From the NCBI GenBank assembly GCA_035550975.1, contig DASZOC010000016.1, forward strand, positions 13,073 to 77,072: a DNA stretch of 64,000 nt. The letters are read 5' to 3'. Positions within the stretch are counted from its first letter, which is position 1. Every line of letters starts with the position of its first letter. Shown one piece after another: positions 46,539 to 55,647 of the stretch. The translations under genes were made by a program, and so were the position numbers. Source of the DNA: Actinomycetota bacterium. Lineage in GTDB: Bacteria; Actinomycetota; CADDZG01; WHSQ01. The notes below the pieces were generated by a model. That model was not told the origin of the DNA. It did not search any database and worked only from the letters and a program-made list of their open reading frames with translations.

Positions 46539-47054
46539 TCAGTCGGTGACGGTGAAGGCGGGGCGGTCGTAGCGCCAGCCCCATTCCTCGATGTCAGGAC
46601 AACCGCCCTCGTTCGTCATCAATGTCGCCATCGTGGACGCGTCGACGGTCTCCGGGCGCAGCCTCTTCAGTGGTATCGCGAAGCGGACCTTGCCGTTCTC
46701 GTCGGTGAGACCGGACCCGTAGAGAGGCGGGAAGAGGAACTTCTTCGGTTGGATCGTGGTGCTGACGGTGACCCCCTCTTGCGGGATGCTCACCGGCGCG
46801 GGCACGACGATGCCGTTGCCGGCCGGGTCCTCGTGCGCCGGACGGGTGACCGTAACGACGACGACGGCTTTCTCGCTACGGCGGTAGATCTTGCGGGACC
46901 ACTTCGTCTCGACGTGGAAGGCGTGTATGCGCGTCGGCTTCGCGCAAGATCGCGCCGGCGCGGCTCCAACCGGGTCTTCCGCAGCTTGCGCCACTCCGGC
47001 CCCCGTCGCGACGAGCGACAGGGACAGTGCCAGGAACAACGACCTCATCCGCAT
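46539..47054 (-). CDS. Hypothetical secreted protein
   Basis: Signal peptide MRMRSLFLALSLSLVATGAGVAQA and ordinary composition. Confidence 0.5.
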   Translation of the reverse strand: MRMRSLFLALSLSLVATGAGVAQAAEDPVGAAPARSCAKPTRIHAFHVETKWSRKIYRRSEKAVVVVTVTRPAHEDPAGNGIVVPAPVSIPQEGVTVSTTIQPKKFLFPPLYGSGLTDENGKVRFAIPLKRLRPETVDASTMATLMTNEGGCPDIEEWGWRYDRPAFTVTD

Positions 47055-47103
47055 TACCAGAGGGTTCTACCCGACGGCGGCGGGTCCTCCACGTGCAGGC
47101 CCG

Positions 47104-48033
47104 TCACGGGGCGACCAGCTCCCGGGTCGCCCTCACGTCCTCGTGCATCTGGGCGACGAGCGCGCCGGCGGAGGGGAAGCGCATCTCCTCACGCAGGCGC
47201 TGGTGGAACTCGACCCGCAGCGTCCGCCCATACAGGTCACCTTCGAAGTCGAGCAGGAACGCCTCCACGCGCACCGGCGTCACCTCCGGGTCGCCGCCGA
47301 AGGTCGGGTTCACGCCCACGTTCACGGCCGCCGCGAACCACGACTCGTCGACCCGGGCTCGGCCGGCGTAGACGCCGCGGGCGGGATATGCGAGGTGGGG
47401 GGCGCAATCGATGTTCGCGGTCGGAAAGCCGAGCTCCGCCCCACGCTTGTCGCCTCCGACGACGATGCCGTCGATGTCGAACGGCCGCCCCAGCAGCCTG
47501 CGGGCGACGTTCATGTGGCCCGACGCGACGGCCTCACGGATGCGGCTGGAGGACACTGCGTCGCCGTCCTCGCTCGCCAGGTCGACCGGGTTCGCTTCGA
47601 AGCCGCGGCCCCGGCCGAGCTCTCGCAGAAGATCCATGTCCCCCGCCCGCTTGTGCCCGAAGCGCCAGCCGTCGCCGACGAAGACCGCTTTCGCCGTTAG
47701 TCCCGCGACGATCACGCGGTCGACGAACGCCTCCGGCGCCAGTCGCGACAGCTCCTCGGTGAACGGGATCACGCCGACGAGGTCGATGCCGGTCGCGTCC
47801 AGCAGCTCCAGCTTCCGCTCAGCGGTCGACAACAGACGAGGCGCGGCCTCGGGACGAAGGGTCATGAGCGGGTGTCGGTCCCACGTCACGACGGCGGCCT
47901 CGGTCCCGCGCTCGCGCGCGTCCGCGATCGTTCGTGCGATCAAGGCGCGGTGGCCCAGGTGGACCCCGTCGAAGGTCCCGATCGTGACGGACGTTCCGTC
48001 GTCAGGAGGTTCCAGAGCTTCGATCCCGACCAT
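47104..48033 (-). CDS. ribF: Bifunctional riboflavin kinase / FMN adenylyltransferase
   Basis: ATG 48033. Motifs GTFDGVHLGHRAL and the riboflavin kinase GFPTAN. Confidence 0.9.
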   Translation of the reverse strand: MVGIEALEPPDDGTSVTIGTFDGVHLGHRALIARTIADARERGTEAAVVTWDRHPLMTLRPEAAPRLLSTAERKLELLDATGIDLVGVIPFTEELSRLAPEAFVDRVIVAGLTAKAVFVGDGWRFGHKRAGDMDLLRELGRGRGFEANPVDLASEDGDAVSSSRIREAVASGHMNVARRLLGRPFDIDGIVVGGDKRGAELGFPTANIDCAPHLAYPARGVYAGRARVDESWFAAAVNVGVNPTFGGDPEVTPVRVEAFLLDFEGDLYGRTLRVEFHQRLREEMRFPSAGALVAQMHEDVRATRELVAP

Positions 48034-48038
48034 GACTC

Positions 48039-48914
48039 TCACCGCGGGACCACCCGATCGGCCACCAGGACGTCGCCTTCCCGCCGGTACACCGCGACCA
48101 GCTCCCCACCGCAGCGGAGCGCGACGGCGTCTCCATCGGGGATGTCGTGCGGGCCGGCCACGGGTAAGCGACGGCCGTAGGAGACGTCGACCGCCTGTTC
48201 GTCGTCGAGATCGAGCGCCGGTAGACACCGGACGACATCGGCCAGTGGGCGCAGGTCTCGTTCGGTGACGTCCGCCAGCGGCGTCGCTTCGTCGTGCGAG
48301 AAGCCGCCGGTCTCGGTCCTGCGCAGCGTCGCCATGTGCGCGCCGCACCCGAGCGTCTCGCCGAGGTCGTGGATCAACGTACGGACATAGGTGCCGCTCG
48401 AGCAGGCGACGTCGAGCTTGGCCTCCGGGCGCGGCCCCGCGCGGTACGCGATCAGACCCAGCTCGTAGATCGTCACGGGTCGTGGCGCCCTATCGACCTC
48501 TTCACCGCGACGTGCCTTGGCATGCAGACGCTCACCCCCGACCCGCACGGCCGAGACCATGGGAGGGACCTGCTCGATCGCTCCGGTGAACTTCTCCAGC
48601 GCACGCCGGAGCTCGTCTTCCGTGAAGGAGCAGTCGCGTTCCGCGACGACCTCTCCGGCCGCGTCCTGTGTGGTGGTCGAGACGCCGAAGAGCGCGGTCG
48701 CGCGGTATCTCTTCGCAGCCCGCTGCGCGTATGCAAGGAACCTCGTCGCGCGCCCCAGACCGACCAGGAGGATCCCGGTCGCATCGGGATCGAGGGTGCC
48801 GGCGTGACCGACCTTCCTCGTACGGAAGAGCTTCCGGACGTGGTCGACGACGTCATGGGACGTCATCCCCGCGGGCTTGTCGATCACGAGCAGCCCGTCC
48901 GGACCCGCGCTCAC
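48039..48914 (-). CDS. truB: tRNA pseudouridine(55) synthase
   Basis: The GTG start at 48914 overlaps the upstream stop. Motifs GLLVIDKPAGMTSHDVV and GHAGTLDPDATG. Confidence 0.9.
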   Translation of the reverse strand: MSAGPDGLLVIDKPAGMTSHDVVDHVRKLFRTRKVGHAGTLDPDATGILLVGLGRATRFLAYAQRAAKRYRATALFGVSTTTQDAAGEVVAERDCSFTEDELRRALEKFTGAIEQVPPMVSAVRVGGERLHAKARRGEEVDRAPRPVTIYELGLIAYRAGPRPEAKLDVACSSGTYVRTLIHDLGETLGCGAHMATLRRTETGGFSHDEATPLADVTERDLRPLADVVRCLPALDLDDEQAVDVSYGRRLPVAGPHDIPDGDAVALRCGGELVAVYRREGDVLVADRVVPR

Positions 48915-49882
48915 GGCCCCTTCAGCTCCTCGCGCAGCGCGATCACCGTTTGCTCGACGTCGGGGGCGGTGAAGCCCGCAGCAAGGTCGTGCCCCCCGCC
49001 ACCGTGCCGGCGCGCGATGCTCCCGATCCCGCGCCCTTTCGACCGCAAGCTGACGCGGTAGAGGCCGTCGCTCTGTTCCTTGAACAGCGCCGCGACGTCC
49101 GCTGCACGCGTCGATCGCACCGCGTCGATCAGCTTGTCGGTCTCGTCGGGCGCGACACCGGTCTCGGCGAGGTCGGCCAGCGTGAGCCACGAGTACACGA
49201 ACCGGACGTCTTCGAACAGGACGGCCCTGTCGAGGACGCGCCCGACGAGCTTGAGGTAGCCGAATGGGGACGATTCGAAGACCTCCTGCGCGATCTCGAT
49301 CGCGGAGACACCGAGCGCCAGGAGGTCGGCGGCGATACGGAGCGTTTCGGGGGAAGAGTTCGCGTACTGGAACCGTCCGGTGTCCGTGACGATCCCGGTA
49401 TACAGACACGTCGCGATGTCCTTGTCGATCTCCACCTCGAGGTCCTGGAGCATCCGCGTCACGAGCTCCGCCGTGGACGACACGTTCGTGACGACCAGGT
49501 TGTGGGTGCCGAAATCGTCATTACCGGGATGGTGGTCGACGTTGATCAGCACCTTGCTCGCCCGGGCCCGCTCTTCGAGGTCACCGAGGCGCGATCCCGC
49601 GCCGCAGTCGACCGCGAGGAACGTATCCGTCTGCGGCACCTCCTCCGGCTGCACGAGTGTCGCCGCACCGGGCAGGAACCCGTAGGAGAAAGGCATCGCA
49701 GCAGGCGTGCTGCCCCAGGTCGGGTAGGTGCGCTTACCGAGCCGGGTCAGCCCGATGCTGGCCGCGAACAACGACCCCAGTGCATCTCCGTCGGGGTTCA
49801 CGTGACAGGCGATGGCGACCTCGTCGGCCGCGCGCAGCGCCGCGATCGCGCCGTCCCAGTCCGCTAGCGCGCGTACGCTCAC
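48911..49882 (-). CDS. nrnA: DHH/DHHA1 family phosphoesterase (NrnA-like oligoribonuclease/pAp phosphatase)
   Basis: The GTG start at 49882 overlaps the rbfA stop. Motifs HVNPDGDALGS, DHH (NVDHHPGN) and GGGH. Confidence 0.8.
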   Translation of the reverse strand: MSVRALADWDGAIAALRAADEVAIACHVNPDGDALGSLFAASIGLTRLGKRTYPTWGSTPAAMPFSYGFLPGAATLVQPEEVPQTDTFLAVDCGAGSRLGDLEERARASKVLINVDHHPGNDDFGTHNLVVTNVSSTAELVTRMLQDLEVEIDKDIATCLYTGIVTDTGRFQYANSSPETLRIAADLLALGVSAIEIAQEVFESSPFGYLKLVGRVLDRAVLFEDVRFVYSWLTLADLAETGVAPDETDKLIDAVRSTRAADVAALFKEQSDGLYRVSLRSKGRGIGSIARRHGGGGHDLAAGFTAPDVEQTVIALREELKGP

Positions 49883-50247
49883 TCGCCGTCCCCCGGCCTC
49901 GTCTCCTCTTCCTCGTGGATGCGGTGCAGTAGCTCTTCGACGCGCAGCGCCTCGTCGAGCTGGTGGTCGAGCTCGAAGACGAGCTCCGGCAGATACTTCA
50001 TCCGCATCTGCCGGCCCATCTCGCCGCGCAGATACGGCTTCGCGCTGTCGAGCCCGGCCATCGTGTCCTTCTGTTCCTCCTCCGAGCCCATCACGCTGAC
50101 GAGGACGCGCGCGTGGCGGAGGTCCGCGGATATCCGCACGCCCGTCACGGTCGCGAAACCGATGCGCGGGTCCTTCAGGTCGTGGATCAGCTCGCCGAGG
50201 ACCTGGCGCGCGAGCTTCTGGACCTTCTCGATCCGCTGGCTCGTCAT
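49879..50247 (-). CDS. rbfA: Ribosome-binding factor A
   Basis: 122 aa, ..LKDPRIGFATVTGVRISADLRHARV.. Confidence 0.9.
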   Translation of the reverse strand: MTSQRIEKVQKLARQVLGELIHDLKDPRIGFATVTGVRISADLRHARVLVSVMGSEEEQKDTMAGLDSAKPYLRGEMGRQMRMKYLPELVFELDHQLDEALRVEELLHRIHEEEETRPGDGE

Positions 50248-50284
50248 CCGTCATCCGCCCGTTGGCAACGCTGAAACCGGCGGG

Positions 50285-50590
50285 TCACCGGAGATCCTCC
50301 AGCGAGACGACGTCGATGTAGCGGTCGTTGATCTCCGCGCCGTCGATCGCGGCCCTGCCGATCGCTTTCTCGACCTCCTGGAGGACCTTCCGGCAATGCC
50401 CTATCGACTCCGCGACGCAGCTCACGCCGACCGCGGCGCGCTGCCATTTGTCCTGGAAGTCAACCTCCGCGACCGCCACGTTGAACCTCTTCTGGATCGT
50501 TTGCGTCACCGAGCGCAGGACCTGACGCTTGTCCTTGAGCGACGTGCTGGCGGGGATGAAGAGCTCGAAGCGACCGATGCCGATGAACAT
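50285..50590 (-). CDS. DUF503 (YlxP-like) protein
   Basis: ATG 50590 and 101 aa, MFIGIGRFELFIPASTSLKDKR.., in the conserved position between infB and rbfA. Confidence 0.8.
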   Translation of the reverse strand: MFIGIGRFELFIPASTSLKDKRQVLRSVTQTIQKRFNVAVAEVDFQDKWQRAAVGVSCVAESIGHCRKVLQEVEKAIGRAAIDGAEINDRYIDVVSLEDLR

Positions 50591-50601
50591 CCGATCGCCT
50601 G

Positions 50602-52812
50602 CTACCGCGCTACCTCTCGTTCCTCGACCGCCTGGATCAGATCGCCTTCCTTGATGTCCTGGAAGCCCTCGAGCCCGATCCCGCACTCGTAGCCCGCCTG
50701 CACCTCACGCACGTCGTCTTTGAAACGACGCAGCGACGCGACCGTCGTGTCGTAGATGACGGTTCCGTCGCGGACCAGACGCGCCTTCGCGTTGCGCCGG
50801 ATCACCCCGTCGAGGACCATGCAACCGGCGATCACGCCGAGCTTCGGCACGCGGAACGTTGCGCGGACCTCCGCTTGGCCCAGTGGCACCTCGCGGATCT
50901 CGGGCCCGAGGAGACCGCGAGCCGCGGCTTCGATGTCCTGCACCGCCTGGTAGATCACGCGGTAAGTGCGGATATCTACGCCCGCTTCCTCCGCGAGGGC
51001 CCGCGCCTGCGCGTTCTCGACGACGTTGAAGCCGATGACGATCGCGTTCGACGCCTGCGCCAGCGTCACGTCGTTCTCCGTGATCCCACCGACGCCCTTG
51101 CGCACGACGTTGATCTTGACCAGCGACTGGTCCATCTTCGTCATCTGGTCGTCGAGCGCCTCGATCGATCCGTGTGCGTCGGCCTTGAGAACCAGCGCAA
51201 GCTCCGGGATCTCGCCCTCGCGCGTCGCGGCCAGCAATGTCTGCAGCGAAACACCGCGCGCGGCGACGATCTCGGCCTCACGACGATGCTGAGCGCGCTC
51301 GCCTGCGATAGCGCGCGCCTCGCGCTCGTCTTCTTCTACGTGGAAGTCGTCGCCGGCCTCCGGCACCGACTGCCAGCCGAGCACCAGCACCGGTTGCCCC
51401 GGACCTGCTTCTTCGACCTGCTCGCCACGCTCGTTCTGCATCGCACGCACGCGTCCCCATGCGGCCCCCGCGACGATCGGGTCACCCTGATACAGGGTCC
51501 CGCGTTTGACCAGCACGGTCGCGACCGGGCCGCGCCCCTTGTCGAGGTGAGCTTCGATGACGACACCGCGCGCGAGCGCGTCGGGGTTCGCCTTGAGGTC
51601 CAGTTGCACGTCACTCGTGAGCAGCACCATCTCGACCAACGAGTCGAGGTTCGTGCGTTGTTTCGCCGAGACGTCGACGAAGACGGTGTCGCCGCCCCAC
51701 TCTTCCGGCAACAGCCCGTGGTCGGAGAGTTGCTGGCGGACGCGAGTGGGATCGGCTTCGGGCTTGTCGACCTTGTTCACCGCGACGATCATCGGAACGC
51801 CGGCAGCCTTCGCGTGGTCGATCGCCTCGACCGTCTGCGGCATGACGCCGTCGTCGGCGGCAACCACCAGGATCACGACGTCGGTCGTCTGCGCACCTCG
51901 GGCGCGCATCGCGGTGAAGGCCTCGTGACCGGGGGTGTCGATGAACGTGACCTCGCGCCCGTCGTGCCGGACCTGGTAGGCGCCGATGTGCTGCGTGATT
52001 CCTCCTGCTTCCCCGCCGGCCACGTCGGTCTTGCGGATCGCGTCGAGGATCGCGGTCTTGCCATGGTCGACGTGGCCCATGACGGTCACGACCGGGGGCC
52101 GCGGGACGAGGCTGCCTTCGTCTTCTTCGGCTTCGGCGAGGAGCGCGTCGTCGGCCTCTTCCTGCTCGGGATCGACGACGTGAACGTCGACGCCGAGCTC
52201 GGCGCCCACCAGTTGCACCGCGTCGTCACTCATCGACTGCGTGACCGTCACCATCTCGCCGAGGCCGATCAGGGTCTTGACGACTTCGGCGGGCGAGCGA
52301 TCGATCTTGTCGGCGAAGTCCTTGACCGTGATGCCGCGATGGACCCGCACGACGGCGTCGGCCGGAGGTGCGGGGGCAGCTTCGGAGTCGGACGCGGCCG
52401 CAGCCGGCTCGGGGACCGGCTCCGCAATCGGAGCGGGGGCCTGTTTCGGCTCGGCGGCCGGAGCCGGGGACTGCTGTGTCTTCGGAGCCGGCTTCGGCTC
52501 GGCCCTCGGAGCGGCTTTCGGAGCGGCCTTCGGCTCGGGTTTCGGGGCGGCCTTCGGCTCGGGTTTCGGGGCCGGCTTGGCGGTGGTCTTGGTGGGCGCG
52601 GCCGTGGCGGTCGTCTTCTTCGCAGGGGCCTTCGGCTTCGTCGCCTTGGCACCGTTGGAGCCGAGATCGGCGCGCAGCCGCTGCGCCACGTCCTCCGTGA
52701 CCGTCGAGGCATGACTCTTCACCGGCTCACCGATCTTCTCGAGGTGCGCCAGTACCTCCTTCGAGGTGACGCCAAGCTCCTTCGCCACCTCGTGCACCCT
52801 TGGATTCGCCAT
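50602..52812 (-). CDS. infB: Translation initiation factor IF-2
   Basis: N-terminus [15 protein letters not shown], a Pro/Ala/Lys-rich linker, and the G-domain [17 protein letters not shown]. Confidence 0.95.
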   Translation of the reverse strand: MANPRVHEVAKELGVTSKEVLAHLEKIGEPVKSHASTVTEDVAQRLRADLGSNGAKATKPKAPAKKTTATAAPTKTTAKPAPKPEPKAAPKPEPKAAPKAAPRAEPKPAPKTQQSPAPAAEPKQAPAPIAEPVPEPAAAASDSEAAPAPPADAVVRVHRGITVKDFADKIDRSPAEVVKTLIGLGEMVTVTQSMSDDAVQLVGAELGVDVHVVDPEQEEADDALLAEAEEDEGSLVPRPPVVTVMGHVDHGKTAILDAIRKTDVAGGEAGGITQHIGAYQVRHDGREVTFIDTPGHEAFTAMRARGAQTTDVVILVVAADDGVMPQTVEAIDHAKAAGVPMIVAVNKVDKPEADPTRVRQQLSDHGLLPEEWGGDTVFVDVSAKQRTNLDSLVEMVLLTSDVQLDLKANPDALARGVVIEAHLDKGRGPVATVLVKRGTLYQGDPIVAGAAWGRVRAMQNERGEQVEEAGPGQPVLVLGWQSVPEAGDDFHVEEDEREARAIAGERAQHRREAEIVAARGVSLQTLLAATREGEIPELALVLKADAHGSIEALDDQMTKMDQSLVKINVVRKGVGGITENDVTLAQASNAIVIGFNVVENAQARALAEEAGVDIRTYRVIYQAVQDIEAAARGLLGPEIREVPLGQAEVRATFRVPKLGVIAGCMVLDGVIRRNAKARLVRDGTVIYDTTVASLRRFKDDVREVQAGYECGIGLEGFQDIKEGDLIQAVEEREVAR
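52523..52571 (-). repeat. Perfect 24-nt tandem duplication inside the infB linker region
   Basis: CGGCCTTCGGCTCGGGTTTCGGGG occurs twice in tandem and encodes PKPEPKAA x2 on the minus strand. Confidence 0.85.
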
Positions 52813-52830
52813 AGACCTATCTTCCCTCGC

Positions 52831-53940
52831 TTACTCGCGTATGGCTGCGGCGGCCTCATCGTCGGCCTTCGCCTCGGTCGAGGCATCGCCGTTCGCCTCC
52901 GGCGCGCCCGCGTCTTCGGCCGGAGTCTCCGTCGTCTCGGCGGCTTGCTGGTCGCTGCGGATCTGCGACTCGGACTTGATGTCGACACGCAAGCCGGTCA
53001 GCCGCGCCGCCAAGCGCGCGTTCTGACCTTCTTTCCCGATCGCGAGCGACAGCTGGTGATCCGGCACCACGACCAGCGCGGTCTCGCCGTCGTCCTGGAT
53101 CTGGACGCTCTTCACCTTTGCCGGCGACAGCGCGTTCGCGACGAAGTCCGGCTGGTCTTCGGTCCATTTGATGATGTCGATCTTCTCGCCGCGTAGCTCG
53201 TTCATCACCATGCGCACGCGCGCGCCCTTCGACCCCACACAGGCACCGACCGGGTCGACGTTCTTGTCGTTCGACACGACTGCGATCTTGCTGCGGTGAC
53301 CCGGCTCGCGTGCGACGTTCTTGATCTCCACTATCCCGTCCATGATCTCGGGAACCTCGAGCTCGAACAGACGCTTGATCAAGCCGGGGTGTGTCCGGGA
53401 CACGATTATCTGCGGGCCGCGCGCGGACTTACGGACCTCGACGATGTAGGCCTTGAGCCTGGCACCGTGCTCGTAGCGCTCGTGGGGGATCTGCTCGGAA
53501 GGAGGCATCAGCGCCTCCGTCTTGCCCAGGTCGAGGATCGTGTAGCGGTGATCGTGCTGCTGGACGATCCCCGTAACGATGTCGCCCTCACGATCGGAAT
53601 ATTCACCGAACGTGATGTCGCGTTCGGCCTCCCGCAGGCGCTGCAGGATGACCTGCTTCGCCGTCTGGGCCGCGATGCGTCCGAAGTCGGCGGGCGTGTC
53701 CTCTTCTTCCTTGAGGACCGTCACCTGTTCGGTTTCGGGATCGATCTCGATGTCCTGCGCGAAGACGGTGACCTCGCCTTCGTCGTCGATGACGGCGCGC
53801 GCGCCGCGCACCTCGAGATCTGCGTTGGTCATGCGGAGGTACGCGCTGGCGAGAGCCTTCTCGATCGCTTCGACGAGCGTCTCGAACGCGATCCCGCGCT
53901 CGCGCTCGAGCTCGCGCAGCGAGTCCATGGGTATCTTCAT
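52831..53940 (-). CDS. nusA: Transcription termination/antitermination factor NusA
   Basis: The ATG at 53940 overlaps the rimP stop (ATGA). N-terminal domain, S1, KH1 and KH2, then an acidic C-terminal tail. Confidence 0.95.
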   Translation of the reverse strand: MKIPMDSLRELERERGIAFETLVEAIEKALASAYLRMTNADLEVRGARAVIDDEGEVTVFAQDIEIDPETEQVTVLKEEEDTPADFGRIAAQTAKQVILQRLREAERDITFGEYSDREGDIVTGIVQQHDHRYTILDLGKTEALMPPSEQIPHERYEHGARLKAYIVEVRKSARGPQIIVSRTHPGLIKRLFELEVPEIMDGIVEIKNVAREPGHRSKIAVVSNDKNVDPVGACVGSKGARVRMVMNELRGEKIDIIKWTEDQPDFVANALSPAKVKSVQIQDDGETALVVVPDHQLSLAIGKEGQNARLAARLTGLRVDIKSESQIRSDQQAAETTETPAEDAGAPEANGDASTEAKADDEAAAAIRE

Positions 53941-54407
53941 GACCCGGTCCCCCATTCGAAGACGGTTCGGGCGGACTTGATCTGGTCGTAGGGGACCTCG
54001 ACGGTCGTCTCGTCCAGCGCAACCTCGATCGCGCGATCGCCCGCCGCTGCCAGCGTCCCCTCGATGCGGTGGCTGTCGCGGAGCAGCTTCGTCGTCGTCT
54101 TCACCACGACCCGCCGGCCGAGCGACAGCCGGTAGTGGTCGGCCGAACGGAGGTTGCGCTCGAGACCCGGAGACGAGACCTCGAGCGTGTAGCGCCCCTG
54201 GATCGGGTCGCGCAGGTCGAGGCCGCGCGAGATCTCCTCCGAGACATCCGCGACGGTGTCGAGATCGACGGCTCCGTCGTCGCAGTCGACGAAGACGCGC
54301 ACGATGGCGCGGCCGGGCTGGCCCCCCATCTCGACGTCCCACAAGCGCAGGGAGCGGCGCCGGGTAACGGCTTCGGCGAGGTCTTTGACCTCTTCGAGCG
54401 CCCCCAT
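53937..54407 (-). CDS. rimP: Ribosome maturation factor RimP
   Basis: ATG 54407 follows AGGAGGGGG. 156 aa, ..YTLEVSSPGLERNL.. Confidence 0.9.
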   Translation of the reverse strand: MGALEEVKDLAEAVTRRRSLRLWDVEMGGQPGRAIVRVFVDCDDGAVDLDTVADVSEEISRGLDLRDPIQGRYTLEVSSPGLERNLRSADHYRLSLGRRVVVKTTTKLLRDSHRIEGTLAAAGDRAIEVALDETTVEVPYDQIKSARTVFEWGTGS

Positions 54408-54438
54408 CGGCCCCCTCCTATCTGGGTCTAACGAACAT

Positions 54439-54462
54439 GAAGCCCCTCTGCTGAGGGGCTTC
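54439..54462 (-). terminator. Perfect 10-bp GC-rich hairpin in the rimP-nusA-infB leader (candidate attenuator or leader terminator)
   Basis: GAAGCCCCTC-tgct-GAGGGGCTTC lies 32 nt upstream of the rimP ATG. On the minus strand it is followed by AUGUUCGUU. Confidence 0.4.
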
Positions 54463-54535
54463 TCGGAACTCGCGGCTACCTCGGTTTCACGGCATATTAT
54501 CGCCGTTCTCTTATTCACGAAAATCGGAGGCACCC

Positions 54536-54619
54536 ATGGCGAAGAAGGGCCGCAAGCGCCGCGCCAGGCGCAAGAACAAGGCGAACCACGGTAAGCGACC
54601 GAACGCCGGCCGGAAGTAG
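54536..54619 (+). CDS. Small basic protein, 50S ribosomal protein bL37-like (27 aa)
   Basis: ATG lies 5 nt after GGAGG. The product MAKKGRKRRARRKNKANHGKRPNAGRK carries the KANHGKRPNA signature I recall from mycobacterial bL37. It is below the ORF-track length cutoff. Confidence 0.65.
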   Translation: MAKKGRKRRARRKNKANHGKRPNAGRK

Positions 54620-54663
54620 AGGGCCAGGCCTCGTTACGAGCCGCATCGTCCGGCGCCGGCAGG

Positions 54664-55647
54664 GTGAGTGAGCGCGGCCGAGACATCGTCGTCGCCGGGC
54701 TCACGAAGACCTTCATCGTCCCTGAACGCGAAGCTGGCCTGCGAGCGGCGACCCGCAGCCTGTGGCACCGGAAGAACCGCGCGGTGCGAGCCGTGGAAGA
54801 CGTGTCTTTCGACATCGAACCGGGGGAGGTCGTGGGCTTTCTCGGTCCGAACGGGGCCGGCAAGACGACGACGTTGAAGATGCTCTCCGGGCTCCTTTTT
54901 CCCACGTCGGGGCGTGTCTCGGTGCTCGGACATGTCCCGTCCAGGCGGGAGAAGGCCTTCCTCAGCCGGATCACGCTCGTGATGGGGAACAGGAACCAGC
55001 TTCAGTGGGACCTACCGGCAGTTGACTCGTTCGAGATGAATCGAGCGATCTACCGGATCCCACAACGCGACTTCGAGCGAGCCCGGGATGAGCTCGTAGA
55101 CCTTCTCGAGATAGGCGACCTGGTTCGGAAGCCGGTCCGCAATCTGTCTCTCGGCGAACGCATGAAGGCGGAGATCGCGGGGGCTGTTCTCCACAGCCCC
55201 AGGATCCTCTTCCTCGACGAACCCACGATCGGCCTCGACATCGGCATGCAGAAGCGCATCCGCACCTTCATCGCCGACTACAACCGCCGGAGCGGCGCAA
55301 CCGTCCTACTGACCAGTCACTACATGGCGGACGTCCAAGCTCTGTGCAAGAGGGTGATCGTTATCCACCACGGGTCGATCCTGTTCGACGGCCAGCTCAG
55401 CTCACTTTCCGAGCGTTTCGCGACACACAAGACGATCGAGGTCACGTTCCAGGATCCCTCCGCGGACCTCGCCGTGTACGGCGAAGTCATCGCACGGGAT
55501 GCGGACAAAGCAAGGATCAGGGTCCCTCGAGCAGAGACGTCGCGGGTCGCGGCACGCCTTTTGAGCGACCTGCCAGTCGTCGACCTGACGATAGAGGACC
55601 TGCCGATCGAGGATGTGATCGAACAAGCCTTCGCCGGAGGCGACTGA
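54664..55647 (+). CDS. ABC transporter ATP-binding protein
   Basis: Walker A GPNGAGKTT, signature LSLGERMK and Walker B ILFLDEPT. Confidence 0.9.
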   Translation: MSERGRDIVVAGLTKTFIVPEREAGLRAATRSLWHRKNRAVRAVEDVSFDIEPGEVVGFLGPNGAGKTTTLKMLSGLLFPTSGRVSVLGHVPSRREKAFLSRITLVMGNRNQLQWDLPAVDSFEMNRAIYRIPQRDFERARDELVDLLEIGDLVRKPVRNLSLGERMKAEIAGAVLHSPRILFLDEPTIGLDIGMQKRIRTFIADYNRRSGATVLLTSHYMADVQALCKRVIVIHHGSILFDGQLSSLSERFATHKTIEVTFQDPSADLAVYGEVIARDADKARIRVPRAETSRVAARLLSDLPVVDLTIEDLPIEDVIEQAFAGGD

